Source: Blastocladiella emersonii ATCC 22665
Lineage: Eukaryota; Fungi; Blastocladiomycota
Assembly: GCA_025594325.1 (NCBI GenBank)
Contig: JANHCV010000003.1
Coordinates: forward strand, 1,426,001 to 1,490,000
Length of the DNA: 64,000 bases
Direction: 5' to 3'
The notes under the pieces were generated by a model. It saw only the letters and a list, made by a program, of their open reading frames with translations, did not search any database and had not been told where the DNA came from. This document shows, one piece after another, positions 11,732-23,188 of the stretch (within the stretch, counting starts at the first letter, position 1; each line of letters begins with the position of its first letter). Made by a program: the position numbers and the translations under genes.

Positions 11732-12327
11732 GGCGAAACGTGGGGTGGACGGGCTATGGGTGTTGATGCGTCTAGTGTGTGCGTTGCAGGGGGTCTATGT
11801 AGTTGTTTTGTTGCTGGGGAGCGGGGAGAGAGGAGAGGCGGGCGAAGGCGGCGAGGGCGCTCGAGGCGGCGGTGGCGCACCGTGGAACCCTTCGAGAAGG
11901 CACCCCACTCGACCCAGGCAGCCGCCTCGCGGTGCGTTCACCGCCTGATCCGCGACCTCGTGGCATGGAATCGACTATGTTTGGATTGAGGCGCCGACAC
12001 GGAGCATGGTCCTTGAAGTCGCGTGCCGCGCGTTCGCCATCAGCGTCCTGATCAAACCACATTGAATCGCCGTTGCGAGACCAAAGAGCAAGGAGCATCG
12101 CGTCGGACTCAACGAGGTTGATCCAGGCAGCCTCACGGGCCGTGTCCGTGGTGGTCGGCCGCTGAAAGCGGAGGGACTCGGAAGCTTTCGCAGCCTTCGC
12201 GCACCGAAACTTGGCGAGTTGATCACCGCGTGATGTGCTGCGGCTAGCCGTGGATCGGCGGCTGGCAAGCCTGCCCACGGCGCGCACGAAGCAAGGACGA
12301 AAACCGAGGGTGAGCCGTGGACCCGAA

Positions 12328-13094
12328 TAGCGATGTTGAGCACCCGGCGGCGCATTTTCACGAGCGGCATTCTCACGAATGTGGCGCACCGCAGTTCCCG
12401 TTCCGAGCAAGCGAGCCCGTTCATGGCCTGTCGAGGAACTCCACTACATATACACTCCCCACGAGCTATGAACCTGCGGGACTTGTTGCAATAGGTTGCC
12501 CAGGGCATCCGCGAGCGGCTGAGCTCGTTTGAGCCGGATTCTCGCGGAGGATGGTGGCAACGAGCATCGCCCAGGTCGCCTTCAGCGTCAGCTCTTGATA
12601 TCAGCGCCTGGAACGATCAACATGGCCCTGAACATCATGATCCGAGACGATCAACAGCGTCAACCAACTTGAGGGTGACCTAGACCATGAAAACTACCAA
12701 CAGTTCAAGCACGTGCGCGTCGCCTTTCAATCTTCACTCAGCTGGAGTCCTGACGCTCTAAAACGAAGCATAAATCAAATGATAGCACTGCTGATGCGCG
12801 CGTCATTGAAGTTTCGCGAGCACCCCCGCGAAACGGCTCGTCCGCGGTGGAGCTGTTCGTCAAGTCCTTGAACTCGTATGAAAAAAATTCAGCGGGTATT
12901 CAAGCGTCTCCCGAATGTGTTGTAGCAAGTCTCATTGAGTAACAATTCGAGGTGTATGTATGGAGAGCGACGTGGAGACGAAGGTGGGGCTGGCCCTCGG
13001 GTTGAGCTCGCTTACTCGGAACGGGAACTGTGGTGCGCCACATTCGTGAGAATGCCGCTCGTGAGAATGCGCCGCCGGGTGCTCAACATCGCTA
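12328..13094. mobile_element. MITE-like non-autonomous element with ~89-bp terminal inverted repeats
   Basis: 12328-12416 is the reverse complement of 13006-13094 with 3 mismatches. Ends TAGCGATG...CATCGCTA (either a TA TSD or TA belongs to the TIR). Interior is less GC-rich and has no credible ORF. Confidence 0.85.
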
Positions 13095-13803
13095 GTGGCG
13101 CAACGCGATCAGCCGTGGCCCGCGTGACGCGGCAGGTCGTGCTTGCATCCCCCTTGACCCACCCTTGACCCGCGCAGCGCGCGCCCGCGCTCTCCTTTGC
13201 CCGCCTCAGCGCCGCGTTATGATAGAATTGCCTACCCAGCCCACGAATGGCGAGACCCGACCATCATCGTCTTCCTCACTTGGCTCGCCACCCGACGAGT
13301 CGGCACCGTTCAGCCAGCGACGCGACGGCCAAGTGGACTCGTACTCTGTTCGCTGGCGTTCTGGCCAAGATCGCGCGCACGCAGTCCCTCATCGCGAGTC
13401 GGACCACGGACGTGCACGCTGACGTCGCGTTCTTCCGCACCAAGATTGTCGCCGCGCGTCGGCAGGGGTTCGTCGAGGTCGTGGCCGTGTTTCGGTCCGT
13501 GCCCGCGTACGCGGACTTGGTTGAAGAGGAGGACCGGTCGCTGCCAGGCTACGGCCAGGCCATGCCGTCGAACGTGGAATAGATGAAGAAACGTTGATTG
13601 AAAGAGATAGAACTGAAAAGCTATCGGCGGGCGCCTCACATGATATCTTGACACGTCTCTCAGCGTCTCTCGCCGATCGCCCGAGCACAGTTCCCGCTCG
13701 TCATTGCACGAAGATCACGAAACCAAGTTTGAGGCAGAGGTCGAAGATATCAAAAATGCTTCTAGTATTACACACACAAACACAAAATCGCCCGGCTCGC
13801 ACC

Positions 13804-16274
13804 CTAGTGCCGCCACTCGGGCTCGTACTCGCCGCCCTGCTGCCGTTGCTGTTGCTGATAGCGGTACTGGTACTGCTGATCCCCGTGCGTCGCTGCGGGC
13901 GTGAGCGCTGGCGGCTGGATACTGCCGTACGCGCCCTGGACATACCCATGGGCGTGCGCCTGGCGGTACCCGCCGTCCATGCTCGGCCCACGGGGCGGCG
14001 CGGCAAACTGCGGCCCGTCCTCGGGCCCGGCGTCCGCGAGGTCGGCGATAGGAAAGAAGCCGTGGTACCCGGGCTCGGCCGCCGCCGCTGCGGGCGCGTC
14101 GTAGTCGACGGGCGACGTGGCCGTGTTCCCGAACAGCTCGCTCTCCTCCTCGTCGTCAGGCTGCGCGCGGCTGCCCAAAAACCCGCCGAGGACGAACGCG
14201 CGCGTGCGGCTTGCGGCGGTACCCGACGACGACCCGGACGTGCGCGACTTGGGCACGTTGGCGAGACTGCTCGTCGCGGTCTCGATGTGCGGCACGATCG
14301 TCGTGGTCGTGACGGCCGCCGGGCGCAGGCTCAGGTCTGAGTGCGACTGCGGTGGGGAGGAAGCGGCAGCGTGCGACGCGGTCCATGCGTGGATCGGCGC
14401 CGTGCTCGCAACGGGCCCTTCGTCGGGCCGCGGCGGGCGCGGCGGCGGGACGGCCGTCATCGACCCGAGCGCAGCGTGCGCTGACGGCCACTGCGCGGTC
14501 AGCGGCGGCGCCGGGCCCGTTGGCGACATGGGGCGGTATACGGAGCGGACCTCGGAGCGCGGCGGCGCGCTGGATTTCGGGAGGACCGAGAATCCGCCCG
14601 CCGCGGCCCCGCGCAGGCGCTGGAGGAGACCAGCACCACCGCTCGAACCGATGTTGCGCATCGGCGCGCCAACGGACTGCGACGGCGCGTAGTTAGCCGC
14701 GCGGTTCCGGCGCGCATAGTGGCGGAACCCGAAGCCGGCGACGGCGAGGACGAGGCACACGGCAGCGACGATCCCGACGATCCCGCCCGCGCCGATCCCG
14801 CCCCCACCCAGCTCGGCGTCGTCGCCGGCGCGCGAGCTGCTGACGGACGAGTTGAGGTACGGGCACCCCTGCGCGGCGGCGATCTCGGCGGTCGCGTACC
14901 CGCACATGACGGTACTATCGAGCCCGAGCGCGGCCGGCGTGCGGCACGCGGTATCCGCAGCCGCGACGAGCGGCAGTCCCAAACTCTCGGTGTCGCGGAC
15001 GAGCTTGTCGTTGCCGCGCGGGCACAGCGTCGCGTTGGCGAGATCGGCCTTGAGGGACTCGAGCCGTTCGGCGCGCGCGCTCGGGCACAGGAGCAGCTGC
15101 GGCTCGCTGCCCGCGGTCGTGGTGCACGGGTGGCGGCGGTCGCGGTAGAAGCGGACCAGGTCCGCCACGGCGAACGTCAGCGAGTACCGGTGGTGCGGCA
15201 GATCGCACCCGGACGCCGCCAGGTTGTGCTCGGGCCAGTGCGTGATGAGCGCCGTCACGAGCGCGCGCAGGTCGTCGGGCGAGCCCACGCGCGACGCGGT
15301 GGAGGCGATGGAGGGGGAGGTTGCGGGCAGGCGAAATTTGAAGTACTCGGACAGGTCCGACGGGAGGAGCACGCTCGCGTCGGCGAGGCCTACGTTCGAG
15401 GATGAGTGTGAGTGGGATCAACTCGACGATCAACCAAGGGGAAACGTACTCTTAAACTGCTGCGACTTGCCGAGATCAAAGCACTTGTTCTCGGCAAACA
15501 CGCCGCTGGAGCACATGAACTGACCGCCGCACCCGTTGGCCGCGGGCGGCGGCGGCGGGACAACCACGGTGGTACGTGGTGGCGCAGCACTCGCCGAAGT
15601 CGACGCGGCAGGCGGCCGGGCCGACGTGGCGACATGGTCGACGCTCGAAGACGGCGCAGGCGCGGGCGAGGCCGAGGTGGGCGCGGGGGCTGGTGGATCG
15701 GGAACCGTCAGCGACTGAGTGGGACTCGGCGAAGCGGAGGAGGAGGGAAGTGGGATCGGCGCCGTGGGCACGGGAGGCGGCGGCGTGGTGCTGGTCGCGG
15801 TCGGCTGCGGCGCGGTGGGGATCGGAGGCGGAGGAAGAAGAGAGGTGAAAGTGGGCACACCAGAGGAGGAAGCCGAGGACGTTGGCGACGGCTGCGGCGG
15901 CTGCGACGTCGGCGATGGGCTGTTGCTGCTCGAGGACGGGACCGGAGTCGGCGCTGGCGGCGAAGAGGAAGAAGACGTCGCTGGTGGTGGTGGCACAGGA
16001 CTAGCCGAGCTCGACGGCGCACTCGACGCCGACGACGACGGTGCAGGAGCAGCCGATCCCGAAGAGGAAGTCGGCGGCGGCGAGGGGACGGGTGGCGCGG
16101 GCGACGGTGCGGCGGAGCCCGTTGGTGCGGGGCCTAGACGACGCGTGCCCTGATCAGTCCTCTGATCGGACCCGACTCTCTGCTCGGAGCTCGCGTACCG
16201 GACGACGACGAGGCAGCAGGCGCGTCGCCGACGGCCAGGCGGACGGCGGGGCTGCCGAGAAAGACGCGATTCAT
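13804..16274 (-). CDS. Single-pass membrane protein: P/S/T-rich stalk, Cys-containing ectodomain, TM helix, low-complexity tail; introns ~16134-16199 and 15390-15449
   Basis: P/S/T-rich ORF ending ANGCGGQFMCSSGVFAENKCFDLG splices in frame to the 522-aa ORF containing TM IVGIVAAVCLVLAVAGFGF followed by RHYARRNR. The start codon is uncertain. Confidence 0.7.
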
Positions 16275-16727
16275 GATGCGGCCAGTCCAGCGGGGTCGGG
16301 AGATGAACAGACGCGGCCGCGGGAGAGAGCGAGGACCGCTCTTGTAGGGCTGTGCAGAGGCCGCTGAGAGGCCAGGCAATGGTTCGAAATAGTCGGCGAG
16401 GCCGTAAGCAGTCGTCCGCGACGTCGGAGGGCCGAAACGTGTCAGCGTGGCAGGGTGGCACCGCCCGCCGCTGGCCGCTGCTATCCACGCACCTCCCAAA
16501 AATAGCAGGCGCCCCGAGTGGACCGCCGGCCTGCATGCGTGAGCGGCGCGGTCACGCCGTAGCTGCGGGCGCACTGGCGAATCAGACGCCTCGGTGTTGG
16601 CCGCGGAGTCGGGCGTGATGCAAGCGCACGCGGCATGAGCAACGCGAGGCGAAGCCCTCGTCCTGGCGCCTGCAACAGAGAAAAACGATGCTATTATGCG
16701 CTTCCTTGCTATACAGTACTTTCCTCT

Positions 16728-19295
16728 TTACTCGCGCGCCCACCGGTCGACAGCCCACCCGATCCCGCCCGCGATCCACGCCGCCGCGACCGTCCACCTC
16801 AGCTCGACAGCCCCGATCACGACAGCCGCTGCGACCGCGCCCCACGCGAGCACGACGGCCGTGCGCGTCACCACGTTGCTCGGGTTGAGCGCGGGCGTCG
16901 TGACCGCGACCGCCGCCACCACGTCCATGGCGAGCTCCTTGGTCGGAAACCGCGTCGCCGCCTGCGTCGCGGTGCCCGCGTGCGCGATACACGCCTGTAC
17001 CACGGGCGCGAGCGGGAGCGCGACGAGGAGGGCGAACGACAGCGCCATGGCGGTGCGCAGCGACCGCGACCGCGCTCGCGCGAGCCACGACAGCATCACG
17101 ACGCCCGTCGCGAGCGGCAGGTCGCCGTCGCCCAGCGACATCGCGGCGGGGCACACGGCCGCGGGGATCCCGGCCGATACCGTCGCGAGCGCCGCGGCGA
17201 TCAGCGCGATATCCGCCGCGGTCCCGCCGCCGTGCGTCTTGGGCCACCACCGCGCGACGCGGCGCGCGACAGGCAGAACCGCGTCGTTGAGCGCGACATC
17301 GACGAGGAGGTAGATCGCGCCCGCGAGCATCGCCGCGGCGTGCACCGCGACCGCGTCGCTCGCCGACACCAGCGTGCCGGGGACCACCCACCCGTCGAGC
17401 GCCGGGACGGGCGTCCGTGGGAGCGCCGCGCGCAGCCCGAGCCGCTGCACCCAGTGCGGGACCGAGCCCGTCGCCACCATCGCGGTCAGCGCGACCGTCA
17501 TGATCGCGAACGGCACGGGCCCGCCGAGCGACCGGACCGCGGACCGCGCGCGCACCCACGACTCGGGCGTGTACGCGCTCGCGACTGCGGCGACCGCGAT
17601 CGCCCACGTCAGCGCGGCGACGAGCGGTAGGCCCGCGTGCAGCGCGGTGCTGGCCGCGGTCACGCGCCACGACCGCGATGCGCGGAGGGTCAGAGTCAGC
17701 GGTTTCGGGTGAGGGCAGGCGGTCGCGTTGGCGGGGCTCGGACGCGTCGCGCGGATGTACCGCCTCGTCGGAAGCACGGTTGCCGAGGTCAGGCGGACCA
17801 GGTGCGGCGGGAACTCGGGGTACAGCGACGCGTAGTGGTGCGTCCCGTTGGCCGAGACGGTGGCGAGGCGGCGGTCGTCATGCGAGCCGCCGGCCGAAAA
17901 GTCGCGTACGAGGTCGAGGTGGACCGTCGTGCACGCCGGGTCAGCGGTGGCGTCGGGCGAGTCGAGGGCGGCCTCGAACGTGTACCCGAACTGCGGGTCG
18001 AGCGACCCGGTCAGCCGCCACTGCACGGCCGACGGGATCGCGGCGGGGACCGTCACGCGGGCCGACAGGTCGTCGGACCACTCGGCTTCGCGGGTCTCTA
18101 CTGCGGTAGCCGGAACAACGGTGAACTCCTTGCGGTACGCAGTGAGCACGGTCGACGCGTTCCCCGCGAGCTGCGGGCTCGCGGCGAGCAGGCCGCGGAC
18201 CTGGGCGTGCAGCAGGCCGCGGCACCACAGGATCGACTGGTGGTCGCACGGCGTCAGCGCGCCCGCGACGGCCGTCGAGTGGACGGTCCACCACATGCCG
18301 TCGTGGTGGTGGTGCGACGGTGCGGCCGCGAGCGCCGACCGGACGTGCCGGTCCGTGGCGCCGCCCGTGACCGAGACGACGGGCGGGAGCCAGTGGTCCC
18401 GCGATAGCGCGGCCTCGGCGCGCGCCAGGGACGTGTACAGGTCCGTCATCCCGGCGACGGCGGGGACGGGCGGCGCGGCGTGTGGTGCGGCGAGCGAGAG
18501 GAGGTGGTGGATGATGGACAGACGCGACGTGTCGGAGGACGGGCGCGGGTGGGTGCCGAGCAGCGGGGCGATGCGCGCGACCACGGCGCCCATGGAGTGG
18601 CCGACGACGGGGATCGCGTCAGTGCGGTACCGCTGCGAGAGGAACACGAGCACAGCGTTGACATAGTGGGCCTGGTCAGCCAATAAATGCGGCGACAGCG
18701 CCGAGAGCTCACCCCCAAAGTCAATGGTGAACACGTCAACGTGGTCGGTGAGCGCCGCGTCGGGCAGCCCCGAGAGGTACTGGGGGTCCTTGCGCACGAG
18801 CATCGAGGTGCGCGACGCGAGCGAGCGGGCCTGCTTGTACGACCCGGCGTTGCCGTGCACGAACAGCACGGGGCGCGTCCCCGCGGGCGCCTCGGGCTCC
18901 AGCCACGACGCCGGCGAGAAGCGCGGGTCCGACACGAGCTCGCGGTACAGGAACACGCGGTACCGGTCCACGGCGCGCTGCCGCGTCGCGTTCTCGGACT
19001 GCATCGACCACAGCGCGGCCGGGATCGCGCGCGGCGGGACGGCGGTGGTCCGGATCGCGTCGGCGGCTTCCGCGGCGCGCTGCACCAGGTACGAGGGGAC
19101 GGGCTCGTACGCTGGCCACATGTACACGATCTCGCAAGTCGACCGGTCGAGCGCCGCGCGGTCGCTGTACGCCGCCAGCAGCAGCCCGAGCGCGACGAGG
19201 CCGGCGGCCGCCTGGGTCACGGCCTTCCACACGCTTCGTGTAGGTGCGGGTGGGGGTTGCTTCATTGGATTCATGTTTGGCGAGACACCGGCCAT
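16728..19295 (-). CDS. BST1: GPI inositol-deacylase (PGAP1/Bst1 family)
   Basis: PVLFVHGNAGSYKQARSLA, GHSMG nucleophile motif, CDHQSILWC, N-terminal TM and several C-terminal hydrophobic segments. Likely ATG at 19295. Confidence 0.9.
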   Translation of the reverse strand: MAGVSPNMNPMKQPPPAPTRSVWKAVTQAAAGLVALGLLLAAYSDRAALDRSTCEIVYMWPAYEPVPSYLVQRAAEAADAIRTTAVPPRAIPAALWSMQSENATRQRAVDRYRVFLYRELVSDPRFSPASWLEPEAPAGTRPVLFVHGNAGSYKQARSLASRTSMLVRKDPQYLSGLPDAALTDHVDVFTIDFGGELSALSPHLLADQAHYVNAVLVFLSQRYRTDAIPVVGHSMGAVVARIAPLLGTHPRPSSDTSRLSIIHHLLSLAAPHAAPPVPAVAGMTDLYTSLARAEAALSRDHWLPPVVSVTGGATDRHVRSALAAAPSHHHHDGMWWTVHSTAVAGALTPCDHQSILWCRGLLHAQVRGLLAASPQLAGNASTVLTAYRKEFTVVPATAVETREAEWSDDLSARVTVPAAIPSAVQWRLTGSLDPQFGYTFEAALDSPDATADPACTTVHLDLVRDFSAGGSHDDRRLATVSANGTHHYASLYPEFPPHLVRLTSATVLPTRRYIRATRPSPANATACPHPKPLTLTLRASRSWRVTAASTALHAGLPLVAALTWAIAVAAVASAYTPESWVRARSAVRSLGGPVPFAIMTVALTAMVATGSVPHWVQRLGLRAALPRTPVPALDGWVVPGTLVSASDAVAVHAAAMLAGAIYLLVDVALNDAVLPVARRVARWWPKTHGGGTAADIALIAAALATVSAGIPAAVCPAAMSLGDGDLPLATGVVMLSWLARARSRSLRTAMALSFALLVALPLAPVVQACIAHAGTATQAATRFPTKELAMDVVAAVAVTTPALNPSNVVTRTAVVLAWGAVAAAVVIGAVELRWTVAAAWIAGGIGWAVDRWARE

Positions 19296-19522
19296 GCGTG
19301 GGGAGAGAGAGAAAGGCTCCGGATTCGGAGCAGGATTCGGAGCAGCAGGGCAAGGGATGAGCCGAGAAAAGAGCGCGTCGGTCACGTCAGTCTCGGCGTG
19401 ACCGCGCCGATCTGGATGACGCGCCGCGCTGCCACGTCCGTTCGTCTTCGCCCCGCTTCTCTGCCCGCCTGCGCTCTCTCTCCTCACGCAACACCGCACA
19501 CGTATCAACAACCAACCAAACC

Positions 19523-21340
19523 ATGTCATCCAACGTCGTGGTCTCGGGCCCCGACAACCGCCGCACCACCGTCAAGGTGACGCCGGCCATGCCGCTGCGC
19601 GACGTGCTCGCCGCCGCGTGCTCGCAGCTCAAGCTCGACGGGCCGAGCGACGGCTACGAGCTGCGCCGCTCCAACGCGCGCCCCGGCACCCCCGGCGCCG
19701 CCCCGCTCGACCTGTCGCTGTCGGTTCGCTTCGCCAACCTCGCCTCGGGCGCCAAGCTCGACCTCGTCCGCCGCTCGGGCGCCGCCATGCGCCGTGCTGC
19801 CAACGCCGTAGTCAAGATCGCACTCCAGCTCGAGGACGGCGGCCGTACCATCGACACGTACCCGGCCACCACGCGCCTGTGGGAGATTCTCCTTCACGTC
19901 GAGGGCAAGTCGCAGGGGTACGCTCATGCACTCGACCACCCTGCTCTGCGCCTAATCGCTGACACGCTTCCGTGTAGCACCATCAACCTCACGCGCCGCG
20001 TCGGCCACCCAAAGGATGGCAGCAAGTCGCTCCTCGGCAAGCTGCAGTCCGCCGTCGGCCAGGACGAGTACATGATCCCGACCCTCAACATCGCCAACCG
20101 CGAGGTCAACACCCTCGAGCTGCTGCGCTCCACCACCCTCGCCTCGCTCGGCGTCGAGGGCAGCGCCGCCATCCGCCTCATGTTCCGCTACTCGGGCAAG
20201 TCGCTCGCCGACGTCCTCCCGATCCTCGACACCCCGCTCCCGCCCATGGAGGCCGCGGCGCCTGAGGCTGCTGCGACGACCGCCGAGGCTCCGCGTGTCC
20301 CGACGCCTACTGCGACCGTCGCTGCCCCTGCCCCTGCTCCTGCTCCCGCTCCGACCGCCGCGGCACCCGCACCAGTGCCCGCCGCTGCGTCGCCTGTCCG
20401 CGCTCCTCCCAGTCCTGCTCCGCTTCCCACCCCTGTCGCCGCTGCTCCTGCCCCTACGCAGACCCTGGCCGATCCCATGGACGTGGACCCGACCCCGGCA
20501 CCACCAGCGCCCGCTACTCCCGCGCCGTCTGCTGCTGCCGCACCACCTGCTCGCGCGACGCCAGAACCTACTCCGGTCCCCGTCGAGCCTGTCGTCATCG
20601 ACCGCAACCCGACCCTCTTCGCCCCGCCCACCGAGTCGTCCATCACCAAGATCGAGCTGCCCGACTCCTTCTTTGACCTGACGGGCGCCGAGCTCAAGGC
20701 CGTCCTCTCGGCCTCGGACCGCCGCCGCCGCGACGCCGAGAACGCCCCGCTGCGCACCGCCGCCATGCGCCAGCGCGAGGAGAACGCCCGCCGCAGCAAG
20801 TATCCCAAGACCCTGGTCCGCGTCCGGTGCCCCGACCAGTTCATTGTCCAGCTCACCTTCCTCTCCAGCGAGTCCGTCGCCGACCTCTACGCCGCCCTCC
20901 GCGACGCCATGGACCCCGCTACCACCGCCAACGTCGCGTGGAAGCTCATCGTCACGGTCCCGCGCGTCCGAGAGCTCGACCCCGCCAACGATTTCTGGGA
21001 CGCCGAGCTCGCGCCCGCCGGTGTCGTGCACCTCACGCTCGACGGGGATTCCGCCGCCGCGTGGCCCGGCGCGACGGCCGCGTTCCGCAAGGACGCCGTC
21101 GGCGAGGTTCAGCTCCTCCCCGAGGCCGGATCCGCGGGCGACGGCGGCCGTAACCTCCTCCTCGAGCAGCAGGCCGCAGCGGGCGGGGTTGACGGCGAGC
21201 GTGAGCGCGCTGCGGCTCGGTCGCGCGCTGCCGCTGCCGCCGCGCAGCGTTCGGCCGAGGGCGGCTCGTCGGCCTCGTCTTCCTCGGGCGGGTTCGGCAT
21301 GAGCAAGCCCAAGTGGTTCAAGGGCTTCACCAAGAACTGA
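19523..21340 (+). CDS. TUG/ASPSCR1/Ubx4-like protein (N-terminal ubiquitin-like domains, C-terminal UBX domain); probable in-frame intron 19918-19977
   Basis: RRTTVKVTPAMPLRDVLAAAC...LDLSLSVRFANLASGAKLDLV, IELPDSFFDLT and KYPKTLVRVRCPDQFIVQLTF. A 60-nt GTACGC...CTAAT...TAG segment is read through in the ORF track. Confidence 0.88.
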   Translation: MSSNVVVSGPDNRRTTVKVTPAMPLRDVLAAACSQLKLDGPSDGYELRRSNARPGTPGAAPLDLSLSVRFANLASGAKLDLVRRSGAAMRRAANAVVKIALQLEDGGRTIDTYPATTRLWEILLHVEGKSQGYAHALDHPALRLIADTLPCSTINLTRRVGHPKDGSKSLLGKLQSAVGQDEYMIPTLNIANREVNTLELLRSTTLASLGVEGSAAIRLMFRYSGKSLADVLPILDTPLPPMEAAAPEAAATTAEAPRVPTPTATVAAPAPAPAPAPTAAAPAPVPAAASPVRAPPSPAPLPTPVAAAPAPTQTLADPMDVDPTPAPPAPATPAPSAAAAPPARATPEPTPVPVEPVVIDRNPTLFAPPTESSITKIELPDSFFDLTGAELKAVLSASDRRRRDAENAPLRTAAMRQREENARRSKYPKTLVRVRCPDQFIVQLTFLSSESVADLYAALRDAMDPATTANVAWKLIVTVPRVRELDPANDFWDAELAPAGVVHLTLDGDSAAAWPGATAAFRKDAVGEVQLLPEAGSAGDGGRNLLLEQQAAAGGVDGERERAAARSRAAAAAAQRSAEGGSSASSSSGGFGMSKPKWFKGFTKN

Positions 21341-22307
21341 GCCCGGGCGTTGATCATAATGTATATTAAATTGCATCGCAACGGACCACGTGCGCCCCTG
21401 TGACCGAAATCGCAACTCCTCTGAACTCAAATGCTGGCGATCGGCGCCTCGTTCTGGACCTGTTACGCACCTCGGTCGATCCATGTATCACGCCAAAGCC
21501 ATCACATGAAGTCCGACTTGATCCCGTTCCCCTCCGCGCCCTCGCCCAACGCGCCCGTCCTCTCCTCGCTCACCTCCTTCAGCTCTCATCCCGCTCCCCG
21601 CCTGTACTCCTTCGCGCTCGTCAAGCGCGACTGGTGGGCCTCCTGCTCGTCAGCGCCGTACCGTGCCTGTCTCGAACACTCAACCCCCACCCTGCCGCAA
21701 CAACTATCCTTGTTCCCCTCGCCCACACACCTCCGCGCCTCCTCGAACCAGCCGCTGCCTCACTCGGCGCACGATGCCAGGGTGAGCTGGCCCATACTTG
21801 CTGTTTTATCCCTCCGCACTAGTCGAACGCGTCGTCCGCGCGCCTCGTGCGCGCGCGCCGGCGTGGGAAGCCCGTCGATTTCAGGCGATCCAGGGACGAA
21901 GATCGTCCACTCGTAGCTGCCCTCTTTGTTCCACGTCTTGTGGGACGCTTGGGCGCCCTGGATCCGCTGCCGGCGGGCTTCTGAAGAACGAAAAGTGCAA
22001 GATCAAACGAACGCATCATAGTACTTCGGTGCAGCTCACCTGCCCGGCGTCTCCACGTCGATTACATCTTGGCTCGCTCGTGAGAGCGTATTTTGCTACT
22101 TTGGCCCTTGATTCTCGTTGTGGCTCCGTCTCCACCTCGGTTTTGCGAGCGTGTTACCGCCTTATATTTCGCGCCTAGGGTGGATCACGACCGATGTTCG
22201 CGCGGGCCCGTCACCACCTCGTCATCGAAAGTCGCGACGGAATTCCCTCGCCGGATCCCACAAGTTTCGTGCAGACAACGCCGCCACGGGCAGGTTTATT
22301 GATTGCT

Positions 22308-22835
22308 TTACAGAGAAACGGCAAGGTACGCCGAGGCAGCGACCACCGCGGCCACGGACCACGCCGAGGTCGCGCTATTCGCCACGGCCACGGACTCCTT
22401 CGCCGACGCGCCGTTCACGCTCTCGGCCTCGACCTTGGCGGGCGCGCCGCTCTTCGCTGGTTTGCTGGGTTTCGGCGTGCCTTCCGCCGGCTTATCGCCG
22501 TCCACGGTCGCGCGCTTGCCCGACTCGCTGTCAACCACCTTGGTCCCGAGATCCACGGTGAGCGGGTTGGGCGATAGCGACGATGAACTCACCCGCGCCG
22601 CACACGTCGCCGTCGCGCACGTCATGCAGGTCCGCGTCGTGATCACGCACTCGGTCTCGCCCGTGCACGCCGGCGTGCAGGTCGGCTCGACTTCGGTGAT
22701 CGGACACAGCGCGCAGTTGCTCCACGCGTTGGTCGACGGCGCCGCCGATGTGTCGGGCTCAGGCTGCTGCGGCGCGGCGAGGGCCGCGGATGTCGCGAGG
22801 CCAAGGAGGAGGGTGATGGTCAAAGAGGAGCGCAT
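22308..22835 (-). CDS. Small secreted, probably GPI-anchored protein with an 8-Cys Opy2-like domain
   Basis: Signal peptide MRSSLTITLLLGLATSAALAA, then CALCPITEVEPTCTPACTGETECVITTRTCMTCATATC, an S/P/K linker and a hydrophobic C-terminus AWSVAAVVAASAYLAVSL. Confidence 0.8.
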   Translation of the reverse strand: MRSSLTITLLLGLATSAALAAPQQPEPDTSAAPSTNAWSNCALCPITEVEPTCTPACTGETECVITTRTCMTCATATCAARVSSSSLSPNPLTVDLGTKVVDSESGKRATVDGDKPAEGTPKPSKPAKSGAPAKVEAESVNGASAKESVAVANSATSAWSVAAVVAASAYLAVSL

Positions 22836-23188
22836 GTCGGATTCGTATCGATTCTCTCGCAGCGCGACGCGGACGCGGGGGAGCCGCTCGGTCTTGTACT
22901 CTTCGGATTGCCTGCGCTTGACCCGCGCGCCAAGCGGGTGCGCTTAACTTCAGCCGTCGAGTTCATGGGAGGCTTGCGCCCGTGGAGGGGCTGGATTCGC
23001 GCTGCGCCACTCGCTCACCTTGACCCTGAAACGCGACGCGACGCGCGTTCGCGGCCGTGCATGAATCGAAACATGAGCGCTCGCTCGACTAGAGAATATT
23101 CAAAGGAAATAACTTGAATGAACACAAAAACAACGATGGAACAAAATCAGGCGGACGACCAAGGCGTGAACGAGGAAGTCGTGGATGC

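Noticed and set aside
13247-13582. 111-aa plus-strand ORF with partly host-like codons next to MITE1
   Set aside because: No convincing start or recognisable motif. It may be a gene remnant but cannot be supported.
21400-22300. C-rich ORFs (21431-21916 and others) between the UBX gene and the Opy2-like gene
   Set aside because: No motif or clear gene structure; treated as intergenic or decayed sequence.
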